From positions 1-29,552 of the IMG/VR virus record IMGVR_UViG_3300006737_000119: a stretch of 29,552 bases of DNA. One strand, 5' to 3'. The position numbers were made by a program, and so were the translations under genes. Origin of the DNA: a virus (lineage: Duplodnaviria > Caudoviricetes). Under the pieces are notes generated by a model. The model was given only the letters and a program-made list of their open reading frames with translations. It made no database searches and was not told the origin of the DNA. This document shows, piece after piece, positions 1-9,073 of this stretch (positions are counted from its first letter, which is position 1; each line of letters begins with the position of its first letter).

Positions 1-3000
1 TCTTTATAGTCTTGAGTTCTCTTGTCTGAATGAGTATCTATAATTACTTGGTTTTCTTCAATTTGTCTTTTTATATCTTCTAATATAGCTCTTTTAGTTC
101 CTTCGCCAGTTGACTTCTCTATTATCTGGGTGTCAAACTTCATTTTTTCGTTAAGATCTTTTACATTTTCAGTTATCTTTTTGTAAGCCTTAAATCTTTT
201 CTTTTTTTCTACTCTTTCTAAATATGGACTTATTATGTCCATCTTTGATTGTTCTAAGTTTTTAAGTTTCTTTTGATTGTTTCTTAAAGCTTTATTTTTG
301 TCCCTACCAGACATATCACTACTTAATATATCTTGTCTTTCTTGGTGCGCTTCTTCTAATTGTTCTTCTATGGTCGTTAAGTTACCGTAGTCATTTTGGT
401 CTTGAGCAACTTCTTCTGTAAGTTCAACTTCTGATGCTAAACCTAAATCAAAGAAATCTTTTTTAACGTTGTTAACTTTGTTATTTCTATCTTTGTATTT
501 ATTTAATAAATTTTCAGTAGTTGTAAATGTATTAACATCATTATTTATATCTATTTCAATAGTATAATTTTCATTGTTTAACTTACCTTGCTCTTCTAGT
601 TTATTCAAAGCAGCATTAAACTCTTTAGATGTTTTGTAATTTAAAGTTGTACCATTTTCAGTGATTGAGTATCCAGCTTTCTTTTTATTTCTTTTAGACG
701 CTAACATACCAATACCACCAAAGGCTAGAGAGGTAGTACCCATAGATATAGATAGCTCGCCAAAGAACCTATCATCCATACCTTCAAATATATCATTACC
801 GTCTATTAAGTTTGATATTGGTTGGTTTACAACTTCTTCAAAAACCTCACCCATAAACCCGTTCCAACCTATACCGTCTTTTGTTCTTTTTAAAAAGTGC
901 TCTGCTGCTTCGTTAAAGCTAAGACCCATTTTATCCATAGCTTTTTTAATATATCTACTCACAACAAGTCTTTCTAAAAACTGCTTACCACCATCTGGTA
1001 ATTTTCCTTTTAAATACTTACCAAACAAAGGAACAGCTTCACCCATTCTTTCAGTAGCAAATTCTGCCCACGTTGTACCGTATGCTTTTGCGAAAGCTTT
1101 TAATACATCATCACCTTCTTCAGTTATAGCGGCAATCAACTCGTCACCCTCGTCACTCATCATCAACTGCATCTCTGGAGTCATGTTGTCATACATCTTA
1201 GATATATAATGGTTTGGATTAGCAGAAGTATGAGCTAACGTACCAGTTAACCAAGATGCGAATTTAACAGCGTTTTTAGTAGCTGGAGATTTTGCTACAG
1301 AAAAACCTGATCCGACAACAGCCTTGGTGAGTCCCTTTAAAGCGGATGCTCTAGCTAACGTAAAGGCGCCACTCGTTAAAATAAACTCACCAACGTAAGG
1401 TATCATGTCAGAAGTTAATCTACCCGCGCCATAAGTCCAGCTAGACATATCTTTTATTTTTTGATCTGAGTCAGCTTTTATATTATACAGTACTAAAATA
1501 TCTTTTTCTTGATCTGACAAACTTTCCCAGCCATCTCTATTTAATTTATCAGTAATTTCTAACAACTGTCTTTTATTAGCTATATCACCAAAGTTACCAA
1601 GTATTGGAAAATATTCATGCGCTGGTTTAGATTTAAAACCCTCCCAAAAACTATCTACATCTCCTTCTTCTAACTGCTCTTGTTTTATTATTTTTTCAGC
1701 AGTTTCAAAAACTCTATCGGCACCATCATAAACTTTTCCAGCGTCAAAATAACCCTCTACGTTTTCTGAGCTACCATCTTCATAGGTCATAAACACAGTG
1801 CCCGTATAATCTCCAGCGTCAAAAATATTATCACCTTCAGACCCAGCTAGCAATATTTTTTCCATTATCTCCTCGTTATTATCCGATATGGTAGATAAAA
1901 TCAACTGTCTTTGATAGTCGGACATGCTACCGTCTTTATTGTGCGAAAGACCTAAACCAGACTTGTCGTACATGTAAGTATAAAACTCGTGTTTTCTTTG
2001 ATCTAGAAAATCTGCCAATCCATACTCATCTTGATCTGAGTCTCTGTACTCTTCAGTTAACTTTTTCTCAAACTTCTTCCACATAGAATTTATTATACCT
2101 AACTGTTCTGTTCCAGATAATTTTGCATTTTCTTCTGTGTGTCCTAATCTTTTTAATGTAGATACAAAGGCATTACCAATACTGTTTAAACGTTCGTTAC
2201 CTATTAAATTATAACTAGGTTTATATTTTTCTTGAAAGTTTTTTACTGTATTTTCATATAATTGCTCCGTTTCTCTTCTTATGTCTTTTACATTTTCGTT
2301 TTTAGAAAATGCGTTTTCAAATCTAAATTGAAAATATTTATTTAAATCTTTTTTAGATATATTGTCACCAGCTTTATAACTATTCCAATTTAAATCCTGT
2401 AAAACAACTATGTCACCGCTCTGATCTCGCTCAAATAAACTTGTTAACTCTACAGTTAAATCTTCTGTTATTTCATTTTTAATAGATTCTGTTTGCTCTT
2501 GAAAATACTTATTAGTATTCTCTAGTATATCTTCATTTACTATTTCAAATTCTTTTTGAAAAGTTGTTTGGTTAAAATCTAAATATTGTTGTTGATCCTG
2601 GTACTTATACTCCGTTGTCCATTGTTCTCTAGCCTTTTCAAGCTTTTCATTATAAAATTCAGATTTTTTGAACTCTTCCATTAAATTTTCTACAGTAGGT
2701 TCCTTACCTTCTTTTATTAATTTTTTAGCTAATTCATTGTTAATATGGTTTAGCTTTATTTTACTGTAAAGATTCCACTCTAATCTTATTTGTGCAGGCG
2801 TATCGTTTTCCCAGTCTAAATAAACCTTAGCTGTATTACCTTCTTCGTCTGTACCAAGTCTATATTTACCTTTGTAATCTTCATATACTATATTAACTTG
2901 CTCACCTTCTTTTTGCCTAAACTTAAAAATTTTGTTACCAATATCTTTTTGCTCTATAACATATTCTTTATCTACACCCTCCGCTTCTATGTCTTGGCCT

Positions 3001-4172
3001 TGCGTTAGAAAATCTTGCTCACTAAGTTCTGATACGTCAACGTCAGGAGAACCAGCATGGTAGTAAGGATTTTTAAGGTATTCCTCTGGGTTTTTATACA
3101 ATAACTTTAAATTATCTTCATTTAAACTTTCTGACGATATTTTATTTTGAATTTTTTTATGTGTTTTAGTAACATAATCTCTATTTATCCAACTTTGTTT
3201 TTCTTCGTCTGTAGCCGCTCTTTCAACACCGTCATCAGTAACATATCTATAATCTACATTACCTGTTTCTTTCCAAGTATTATTATATTTTCCAGAACCT
3301 AAAGAGTACTCTACTCTTTTAATTACGTTTCCGTATTTGTATTCTTTATATTTTTTTTGATTAGAAACAACGTTTTCTGACTCTTTATAATCACCAACGC
3401 TCCAGCCGTACAACTCGTTTTCTTTTTGTCTATTGTAAGCGTATGTACTACTTTTTTCAGCGTTTTGATTAAGCGAGCCGTCTTGTATATTTAGTATTTT
3501 AGCCTCTTCTTCGTCTGATATTATATAACCACCATCGTATTTCTTTTCCTCAACATCTTCCTTTTCATCAACAACCCCTTCGTCGGTAATGATTTTATTT
3601 TCAAACTCCTCTTTTACTTCTTGTTTCTTTCTTTTTTCTTTGTTTTCTTCTTCTATTTTCTTGAAGTTGATAAACCCAAACCCACTGCCGTCTTCATTGT
3701 TTTTATAATCATGCATTTGGTCAGCAGTTTTTAAACTACCATCTTCATTCCAATATCTTTTATCGTACCCGTTTTCGCTTTTATGTCTATTCTCCCAAGG
3801 TTTTAAATCTCCCTTAGGGCCGTTTTTGTTTATTTCGTCAATAGTTGTTTCCCAACCATCTCCATATAAATCTTCATAACTATATGTTTGATCTGTGTTT
3901 ATTGGTGTTGTTTTTGATTTTTTATTAACAGAATTGTTAATTTTAGTTGAAGTATTTTGAGGTTTAAATAACTCTGGAAACTTACCATTAATTATATTCC
4001 AATTACCACCATAATAAAAATTGTTAGCAGTAGAAACATAATCTTTTAAGACTTGTTTATCAAAGTTGGCTAACTCCGGAAATTTACTGTTAATAATATT
4101 CCAATCACCTCCGTATTCAGGATTGTTAGCTGTTTGTACGTAGTCTTTTAATACAGTCGTTAAATCACTCAT
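1..4172 (-). CDS. Very large putative ejection/internal virion (cargo) protein, partial; runs off the left edge, >=1390 aa
   Basis: Absent from the ORF track because there is no stop in the window. ATG at 4172 (context TATAATTATG) gives MSDLTTVLKDYVQTANNPEYGGDW... I translated it by hand and found the frame open down to ...RQIEENQVIIDTHSDKRTQDYK at base 3. Mostly charged/helical with a Gly/Ala-rich hydrophobic block at about 700-1440. It follows two other ejection-like genes; the function is inferred from position and composition. Confidence 0.75.
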   Translation of the reverse strand, partial: MSDLTTVLKDYVQTANNPEYGGDWNIINSKFPELANFDKQVLKDYVSTANNFYYGGNWNIINGKFPELFKPQNTSTKINNSVNKKSKTTPINTDQTYSYEDLYGDGWETTIDEINKNGPKGDLKPWENRHKSENGYDKRYWNEDGSLKTADQMHDYKNNEDGSGFGFINFKKIEEENKEKRKKQEVKEEFENKIITDEGVVDEKEDVEEKKYDGGYIISDEEEAKILNIQDGSLNQNAEKSSTYAYNRQKENELYGWSVGDYKESENVVSNQKKYKEYKYGNVIKRVEYSLGSGKYNNTWKETGNVDYRYVTDDGVERAATDEEKQSWINRDYVTKTHKKIQNKISSESLNEDNLKLLYKNPEEYLKNPYYHAGSPDVDVSELSEQDFLTQGQDIEAEGVDKEYVIEQKDIGNKIFKFRQKEGEQVNIVYEDYKGKYRLGTDEEGNTAKVYLDWENDTPAQIRLEWNLYSKIKLNHINNELAKKLIKEGKEPTVENLMEEFKKSEFYNEKLEKAREQWTTEYKYQDQQQYLDFNQTTFQKEFEIVNEDILENTNKYFQEQTESIKNEITEDLTVELTSLFERDQSGDIVVLQDLNWNSYKAGDNISKKDLNKYFQFRFENAFSKNENVKDIRRETEQLYENTVKNFQEKYKPSYNLIGNERLNSIGNAFVSTLKRLGHTEENAKLSGTEQLGIINSMWKKFEKKLTEEYRDSDQDEYGLADFLDQRKHEFYTYMYDKSGLGLSHNKDGSMSDYQRQLILSTISDNNEEIMEKILLAGSEGDNIFDAGDYTGTVFMTYEDGSSENVEGYFDAGKVYDGADRVFETAEKIIKQEQLEEGDVDSFWEGFKSKPAHEYFPILGNFGDIANKRQLLEITDKLNRDGWESLSDQEKDILVLYNIKADSDQKIKDMSSWTYGAGRLTSDMIPYVGEFILTSGAFTLARASALKGLTKAVVGSGFSVAKSPATKNAVKFASWLTGTLAHTSANPNHYISKMYDNMTPEMQLMMSDEGDELIAAITEEGDDVLKAFAKAYGTTWAEFATERMGEAVPLFGKYLKGKLPDGGKQFLERLVVSRYIKKAMDKMGLSFNEAAEHFLKRTKDGIGWNGFMGEVFEEVVNQPISNLIDGNDIFEGMDDRFFGELSISMGTTSLAFGGIGMLASKRNKKKAGYSITENGTTLNYKTSKEFNAALNKLEEQGKLNNENYTIEIDINNDVNTFTTTENLLNKYKDRNNKVNNVKKDFFDLGLASEVELTEEVAQDQNDYGNLTTIEEQLEEAHQERQDILSSDMSGRDKNKALRNNQKKLKNLEQSKMDIISPYLERVEKKKRFKAYKKITENVKDLNEKMKFDTQIIEKSTGEGTKRAILEDIKRQIEENQVIIDTHSDKRTQDYK
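3969..4154 (-). repeat. Two-copy intragenic tandem repeat, 34-aa (102-nt) period, at the N-terminus of the giant ORF
   Basis: VLKDYVQTANNPEYGGDWNIINSKFPEL (aa 7-34) versus VLKDYVSTANNFYYGGNWNIINGKFPEL (aa 41-68): 23 of 28 residues identical. Confidence 0.95.
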
Positions 4173-4190
4173 AATTATACTATTAAATTA

Positions 4191-5687
4191 TTATCGGCTA
4201 TTACCGGTTGATGTTGTAAATCCATAGTAGCTGCTATTAAATTTTGCCAGATCAATTCTTATTCTCTCCTTATCATCTATTGTTACACCATCTAAAGCTC
4301 TTAATTGACCTATATTTCCTCCATCGTCAATAAAATCCTGTACATCTTTTTTATTATAAGCAACCATCTCTTTTAAAGTAAAAGATTTAGTATTTTTGTA
4401 AAACAATTGTTTTTGTCGTTTAGTCATAAAATCTGCAACTAAACCTCTACTAAGATTAAAATCAAAATTACGCGCATCAGGCTGTGTTATTGTTTCTATA
4501 AGTTTTGTTCTAGCTTCTTCTGGTGTTGACCCAAAGTCTTCCCAAGTTACAATTTTATTTCCATCTGTGTCGTACTTAATAATATTCGACGGAGAGTTTA
4601 AATAAGTTTCTGAAAAAATAGTATTTTCGTCATGTATTTCACTAACGTCTCCTGTAAAATCTAATATGCCATCTCCGTCTACATCTTCGTCACCGTACTC
4701 AGCGCTTAATCCATCTCCAATAGAAAGCTCGTTAAAATCAAAAAACTTCATCATGTCTGGATGTTGATCTAAAGATTGTTCAAAAGTCATATCTCCGTTA
4801 AAATCATCTCTTAGTAAATACTGAATATTTTCTTTAGTAACCTTATCTAAGTTTAACTTGTATTGATTATCTTCATTAAAATCTTCTTTACTCTCACCGT
4901 TTCTAAACATCTCTCCATTTTGAGCTGTTTCTTTTTCTAAAGTTAAATAAGACTCTTTAAATACATAGTCTTTAGAAACTACAGATTTATTATAATCATC
5001 TAATGTAAAATATTGTTTTTCATTTGGATCATACTCCGGGTTTTCTATTTGCTCACCGTCATCAGTTTCTAAATATTGAGGTTTGTATCTAGGGTTATTC
5101 CACACAATTTCACCATCTACAAACTCTGCGTTTTCTTCTTTACAAGCGGCCACGATTCTTTGTTGACTTAAAGACAACACTGATAAATCGCTAATCCCTT
5201 CGTTACCAGTAATTACTTGAGCGTTGTTTAAAACACCTTCTTTAAACGAACCTATATTAGTAGATAAAGTATTTAATTGCATTCTTAATTCAGCCGCCTT
5301 TTGTTCTTCTCCAGATCTTTTAGCTTCCGCGTATTGGTTTCTAAGACTTTCTACGTGGCTATAAACTTTATTAAAATAACCTTTAGGTAAACTACCAGAC
5401 ATGTTAATTACATTAGTAGCATCTATTTCTATATCTTCCATTAGAGCCTCTAGCTCTGCTTTTTCAGCTTCTTTTTTAGCTTCATATACAGCTTTTGTAG
5501 CAGTGTAACCTTCTTTAGTTTTAGTCAAAAAATGATCAAGTAGATTCATGTGCTCCATCATATTAGGCTTAGATCTCGCTCCCATATATGCAGCGTTGAT
5601 CATTGATTGTTCAGCTGTACCAACCCTTAATTGAACTATATTTTTCTTATCGTCTGTGTTTTGTGTGTCGTATATATTTTCTGCCAT
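4191..5687 (-). CDS. Putative ejection/internal virion protein (498 aa) with acidic Dx[DN]xDG-like loops
   Basis: Long ORF with a helical/coiled-coil N-terminal half, located between a pilot-like gene and the giant ORF. Contains DVDGDGILDF and DTDGNKIVTWEDF. Confidence 0.55.
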   Translation of the reverse strand: MAENIYDTQNTDDKKNIVQLRVGTAEQSMINAAYMGARSKPNMMEHMNLLDHFLTKTKEGYTATKAVYEAKKEAEKAELEALMEDIEIDATNVINMSGSLPKGYFNKVYSHVESLRNQYAEAKRSGEEQKAAELRMQLNTLSTNIGSFKEGVLNNAQVITGNEGISDLSVLSLSQQRIVAACKEENAEFVDGEIVWNNPRYKPQYLETDDGEQIENPEYDPNEKQYFTLDDYNKSVVSKDYVFKESYLTLEKETAQNGEMFRNGESKEDFNEDNQYKLNLDKVTKENIQYLLRDDFNGDMTFEQSLDQHPDMMKFFDFNELSIGDGLSAEYGDEDVDGDGILDFTGDVSEIHDENTIFSETYLNSPSNIIKYDTDGNKIVTWEDFGSTPEEARTKLIETITQPDARNFDFNLSRGLVADFMTKRQKQLFYKNTKSFTLKEMVAYNKKDVQDFIDDGGNIGQLRALDGVTIDDKERIRIDLAKFNSSYYGFTTSTGNSR

Positions 5688-5699
5688 ATTATATTATTA

Positions 5700-6386
5700 T
5701 TATGAGGTTCCTCCAAAAAAGCCCATACCCTCTTTTCTTGTTTTCCCACCAAATGTCTTACCTTCATCCATCATTGAAGAAGCATGCCCACCTAAGCTAC
5801 CTAATCCAGATCCTATATCTCCAACCCCAGACATCATAGCCGCTTGAGCATCTGCTACATTTTGGTTTTCAGCAGCTAGTTCACCCTGTGTCATACCTAT
5901 TTGAGTCATCATTCTATCTCTCTTTAAATTTTCAACCTGAGCATCACCCTGTCTTTGTAGCTCCTGTATGTTTCCAGCTTCTGCTCTTTCAGCTTTTTGA
6001 TTAGCCGCTTCTTGAGTAGCTATATTAGCCGAAGCCATTTGAGCTTCTTGACTGGCTTGGTTAGCCATTGTTTGTGCTAACGCAGCTATACCACTACTAC
6101 CAGCCGCGCCACTCATATTTTGCATAATGTCAGCTCTAGCTTGTTCAGATTTTTGAGCGGCAAAATCCGCCGCTTGGGTATTTACAGTTAGGTCTTCCAT
6201 AGTGTTTTCCATGTTAGCATAAGGATTTTTAATTTCCTGGCTCATATACTCGTTCATTTGAGTTGTAAGTTTAGATTTAGCTTCAGCCTGCGCTGCCTTT
6301 GCCTTTCTTTTTTGATTAGCACCCATTACTAACTTAGTAACGCCTGTACCAATTCCTACCGCCGCTCCTGCTATTACAAAACTCAT
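5700..6386 (-). CDS. Putative DNA ejection/pilot-like internal virion protein (228 aa)
   Basis: Hydrophobic Gly/Ala N-terminus (MSFVIAGAAVGIGTGVTKLVMG) followed by basic residues, a long Ala/Gln/Met-rich coiled coil and a Gly-rich C-terminus. This architecture is typical of the first ejection protein of podoviruses. Confidence 0.65.
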   Translation of the reverse strand: MSFVIAGAAVGIGTGVTKLVMGANQKRKAKAAQAEAKSKLTTQMNEYMSQEIKNPYANMENTMEDLTVNTQAADFAAQKSEQARADIMQNMSGAAGSSGIAALAQTMANQASQEAQMASANIATQEAANQKAERAEAGNIQELQRQGDAQVENLKRDRMMTQIGMTQGELAAENQNVADAQAAMMSGVGDIGSGLGSLGGHASSMMDEGKTFGGKTRKEGMGFFGGTS

Positions 6387-6389
6387 AAT

Positions 6390-6854
6390 CTATTTATTTT
6401 TATTAATATATTCTTCATAATCTTCAAATGTTAAAGAGACAATTTCGTCTTCTAATTTTTTAATATCTTTTATATTCTTTGGGTTTTTATGTACGTTTAC
6501 AAATGTAGAATCTTCTATAGCATATATAACTCTTTTGCTACCTGGTTCTGCTAAGACATAACAAGGAGATATAAACTCTTCTATTGTTTTTTCTGTCGCT
6601 ATAGCTAGTTTTCCTGTTAATAAAAACCACACGTGCAAATGATTATGTATAGCTCCTACAACCATTGACTCCGCTTTCATATCCATTTGTCTAATATATA
6701 CACCGTCAGCAAACGTGTGTTTTAAAGGGAAGTTCTTGCTGTGTACTATAGATTTACCATCTCCTTCAATATCTACGCCGTCAGCTTTTTTTATTAATAA
6801 ATCTTGTAGCTTTTTTATTTCTTTTCTTTTACTAAGAACTATATTTTCACTCAT
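6390..6854 (-). CDS. Cupin-like (double-stranded beta-helix) protein (154 aa)
   Basis: HTFADGVYIRQMDMKAESMVVGAIHNHLHVWFLLTGKL and AEPGSKRVIYAIEDSTFVNVH follow the two-motif cupin pattern, with a His cluster. Confidence 0.65.
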   Translation of the reverse strand: MSENIVLSKRKEIKKLQDLLIKKADGVDIEGDGKSIVHSKNFPLKHTFADGVYIRQMDMKAESMVVGAIHNHLHVWFLLTGKLAIATEKTIEEFISPCYVLAEPGSKRVIYAIEDSTFVNVHKNPKNIKDIKKLEDEIVSLTFEDYEEYINKNK

Positions 6855-6898
6855 TTAATTTAATTTTACTATAACAGTATAGTTACAGTTTTTACTAT

Positions 6899-7243
6899 TT
6901 ATTTACTACTTGGTACAACATCTACAGATATAGAGTACATTTCTGATTTTTCTGTAGAATTATTTTTTATTCTAAACTTAGCAAAATAACCAAGCAAGGT
7001 AGACATGTTAACAGTTCTATCTTTAGCAAACATAATAAAGTCACCAGCAGAGGGCAGTGCTGTACCAGACGTGTATTCAACAGTTATAGTGTTTCCAGAT
7101 ATATCTGTAACATCACCCAATAACACTATATTGGTAGTAGTATTAAAATTACCAGTTGTAGTTGTAGGCGAGTAATATATTATATCTCCTATCTGTACTG
7201 ACACATTGATATTGTTATTAAATGATAGTGTAGTTGTTGGCAT
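6899..7243 (-). CDS. Small tail-associated protein (114 aa)
   Basis: Last gene of the tail block; beta-rich; ends FMFAKD...LLGYFAKFRIKNNSTEKSEMYSISVDVVPSSK. The function is inferred from context. Confidence 0.5.
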   Translation of the reverse strand: MPTTTLSFNNNINVSVQIGDIIYYSPTTTTGNFNTTTNIVLLGDVTDISGNTITVEYTSGTALPSAGDFIMFAKDRTVNMSTLLGYFAKFRIKNNSTEKSEMYSISVDVVPSSK

Positions 7244-7246
7244 AAT

Positions 7247-8482
7247 TTATACTATTGTTATTGATATTTTCCCTTGAGTTAACGAGCTTGTTTGCGTTGT
7301 GGGAGATTGAGCGTCTGTTGTTTTATAATAAAAAAAATCTGTGTGCCCAGCAACCATTGCATCGTTAGGCGTATATACAACAGATGCAGCGCCAGCGCTA
7401 CCCATAGCTTCGTCAGCAGCTAGGTTTATCACGCCAAACTCGCCATCTACACCACTACTTGAAGTGCTATTGCTAGGCACTGAATGAATTTGATAAGTTT
7501 TTGTTTCTACGTTTTCGTCTATATCACCTGTTTGACCTAGATAATTGGTACATTGTTCAATTGGATTAATTGTTGTGGCTGTGCCAGCTGGAACATTTAC
7601 ATTTACTGGAAACGCGTTTGGTTTTATGCTCACGTACTCGTCAATATCTAATTCACAAGTAATATCAGCTATACCAACTTTAGCTACCTCCGTTACGTTT
7701 CTCATTGTTACAGAGGTTGTTCCGCTTCCAGTTGTAATTTTTGCATATATATTTTTAAATTCCCATCCATTTTTAGAAAATCTTAAAACATCGCCAATTT
7801 CTATTCTTTGTGCCGCTGATAAAGTAATTTTATTACTACTTATAGCAGATACAGTTATTTCGTCTACAATATTTTCTCCCTCAACAGAATAACCAGAAAC
7901 TATATTAGTACCATCTTCCACAAACACAACCTCACCTCTAACATCTACAACGGTCTCTTCAACTAAGTTAGACAGCGCCCAAGCGCCACCAGTTCTAATA
8001 TCCCAAGTAGGTATTGAATGTACATATACTAAATTACCACTTGCCTCTGTAATAGCGCCTGTTTGTTGTAAGGCTTTATCTACAACAGTTAAAGTGCCGC
8101 CAGTTAAAGCGCTTGCTATACTCAACGTTGTATCATCAGTTGTAGTAAAAGTTGCTGTTTTTGTTGCTTTTTGAAACAACGTTCCAATTTTTTGATCGTG
8201 AGTTAATGTTTCTTGAAGATTAGTATTAGGACTTGTTCTAATAAAAAAGTTATAAGAAGTATCAGAACTAACACTTGGTATGCTTATTTTTTTTTGATAT
8301 TTTCCGCTAGAAGGTATTAATTGCTTTTTTAATATAAACTCTGTAGACGAAAAGTTATTTGTATCAAAATTATAATACTTAGTACCTTGCTTTACATACA
8401 ATTCAAACTCAGCCCCATTGTCTCCGTTTACTGTTATTATTTCTGTTCTAGCCTCAGATGTTGTTCTCTTAGTAAATGCCAT
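7247..8482 (-). CDS. Tail-associated beta-rich protein with a C-terminal Ig/cadherin-like (Big_9-type) domain (411 aa)
   Basis: Thr/Ser/Gly-rich. C-terminal VVYTPND...GHTDFFYYKTTD...GKISITIV resembles the YTP-x-G-x-D-x-F-x-Y...V-x-I-T-V signature of bacterial Ig-like repeats. Confidence 0.55.
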   Translation of the reverse strand: MAFTKRTTSEARTEIITVNGDNGAEFELYVKQGTKYYNFDTNNFSSTEFILKKQLIPSSGKYQKKISIPSVSSDTSYNFFIRTSPNTNLQETLTHDQKIGTLFQKATKTATFTTTDDTTLSIASALTGGTLTVVDKALQQTGAITEASGNLVYVHSIPTWDIRTGGAWALSNLVEETVVDVRGEVVFVEDGTNIVSGYSVEGENIVDEITVSAISSNKITLSAAQRIEIGDVLRFSKNGWEFKNIYAKITTGSGTTSVTMRNVTEVAKVGIADITCELDIDEYVSIKPNAFPVNVNVPAGTATTINPIEQCTNYLGQTGDIDENVETKTYQIHSVPSNSTSSSGVDGEFGVINLAADEAMGSAGAASVVYTPNDAMVAGHTDFFYYKTTDAQSPTTQTSSLTQGKISITIV

Positions 8483-8484
8483 TG

Positions 8485-9063
8485 TTATATATTTACATTA
8501 GTTATAGTAAAATTATTTGTGACTCCAGTATCAATTACACCTCCAGGTGTTCTAGCGCTTTGTGTATCTAACTGTGTTAAAGGATCGTCATCTTGACGGT
8601 CTATATCAAGTTTAACGATTAAATCAACTAAAGACTGTATAGGTGTAGTTTGATTCTTACCCATGTAAACATGTATAAAAACTAAATTAGTAGCACCAGA
8701 AGGCGTCCAGTTTGGATCGTTAATAGTGTTGTCTGAATCTTCTATAACAACCTTATAAACCCCATCAAATTCTACAAAACCTGAAACTGTTGTAGTGGAG
8801 CTTTGGTTTAAAGTAGTAGGTACCCATTCAAACCTAGATGGCCACATCGTGTGAGAATTAACAGCTCCAGTTCTGTTTAAAACCATAATTGGATTATTAG
8901 CATTACCTATTTTAAATTCTCTAGCTAATATATCTACGCCAGGATCAGGAACAACAGTTAGTTTAAAACCATTTAACGGAGGAAATACATCGGGGGCATC
9001 TAAAAATCCCACGTTAGTTCCTATTGAGTTTGTTGTTATTGGTGTTATAGTATATTGATTCAT
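8485..9063 (-). CDS. Hypothetical beta-rich protein in the tail module (192 aa)
   Basis: Fills the gap between flanking tail genes on the coding strand with an A-rich start context. No recognisable catalytic motif. Confidence 0.5.
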   Translation of the reverse strand: MNQYTITPITTNSIGTNVGFLDAPDVFPPLNGFKLTVVPDPGVDILAREFKIGNANNPIMVLNRTGAVNSHTMWPSRFEWVPTTLNQSSTTTVSGFVEFDGVYKVVIEDSDNTINDPNWTPSGATNLVFIHVYMGKNQTTPIQSLVDLIVKLDIDRQDDDPLTQLDTQSARTPGGVIDTGVTNNFTITNVNI

Positions 9064-9073
9064 TTTTTATATT

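Noticed and set aside
661-1209. 182-aa plus-strand ORF
   Set aside because: Antisense shadow of the giant minus-strand ORF, with the Ser/Ile/Phe/Pro-rich composition typical of reverse-frame translation.
4656-4691. DVDGDG read as an RNA polymerase catalytic DxDGD motif
   Set aside because: It lacks the NADFDGD/DFDID-type context and sits in an acidic stretch of a 498-aa mostly helical protein; a Ca-binding-like loop fits better.
6384-6392. In-frame TAG-ATT-ATG junction suggesting amber readthrough or TAG recoding as in some crAss-like phages
   Set aside because: All long genes are intact under the standard code, and in-frame 3-nt spacers also follow TAA stops (7244-7246, 14751-14753), so this spacing is ordinary here.
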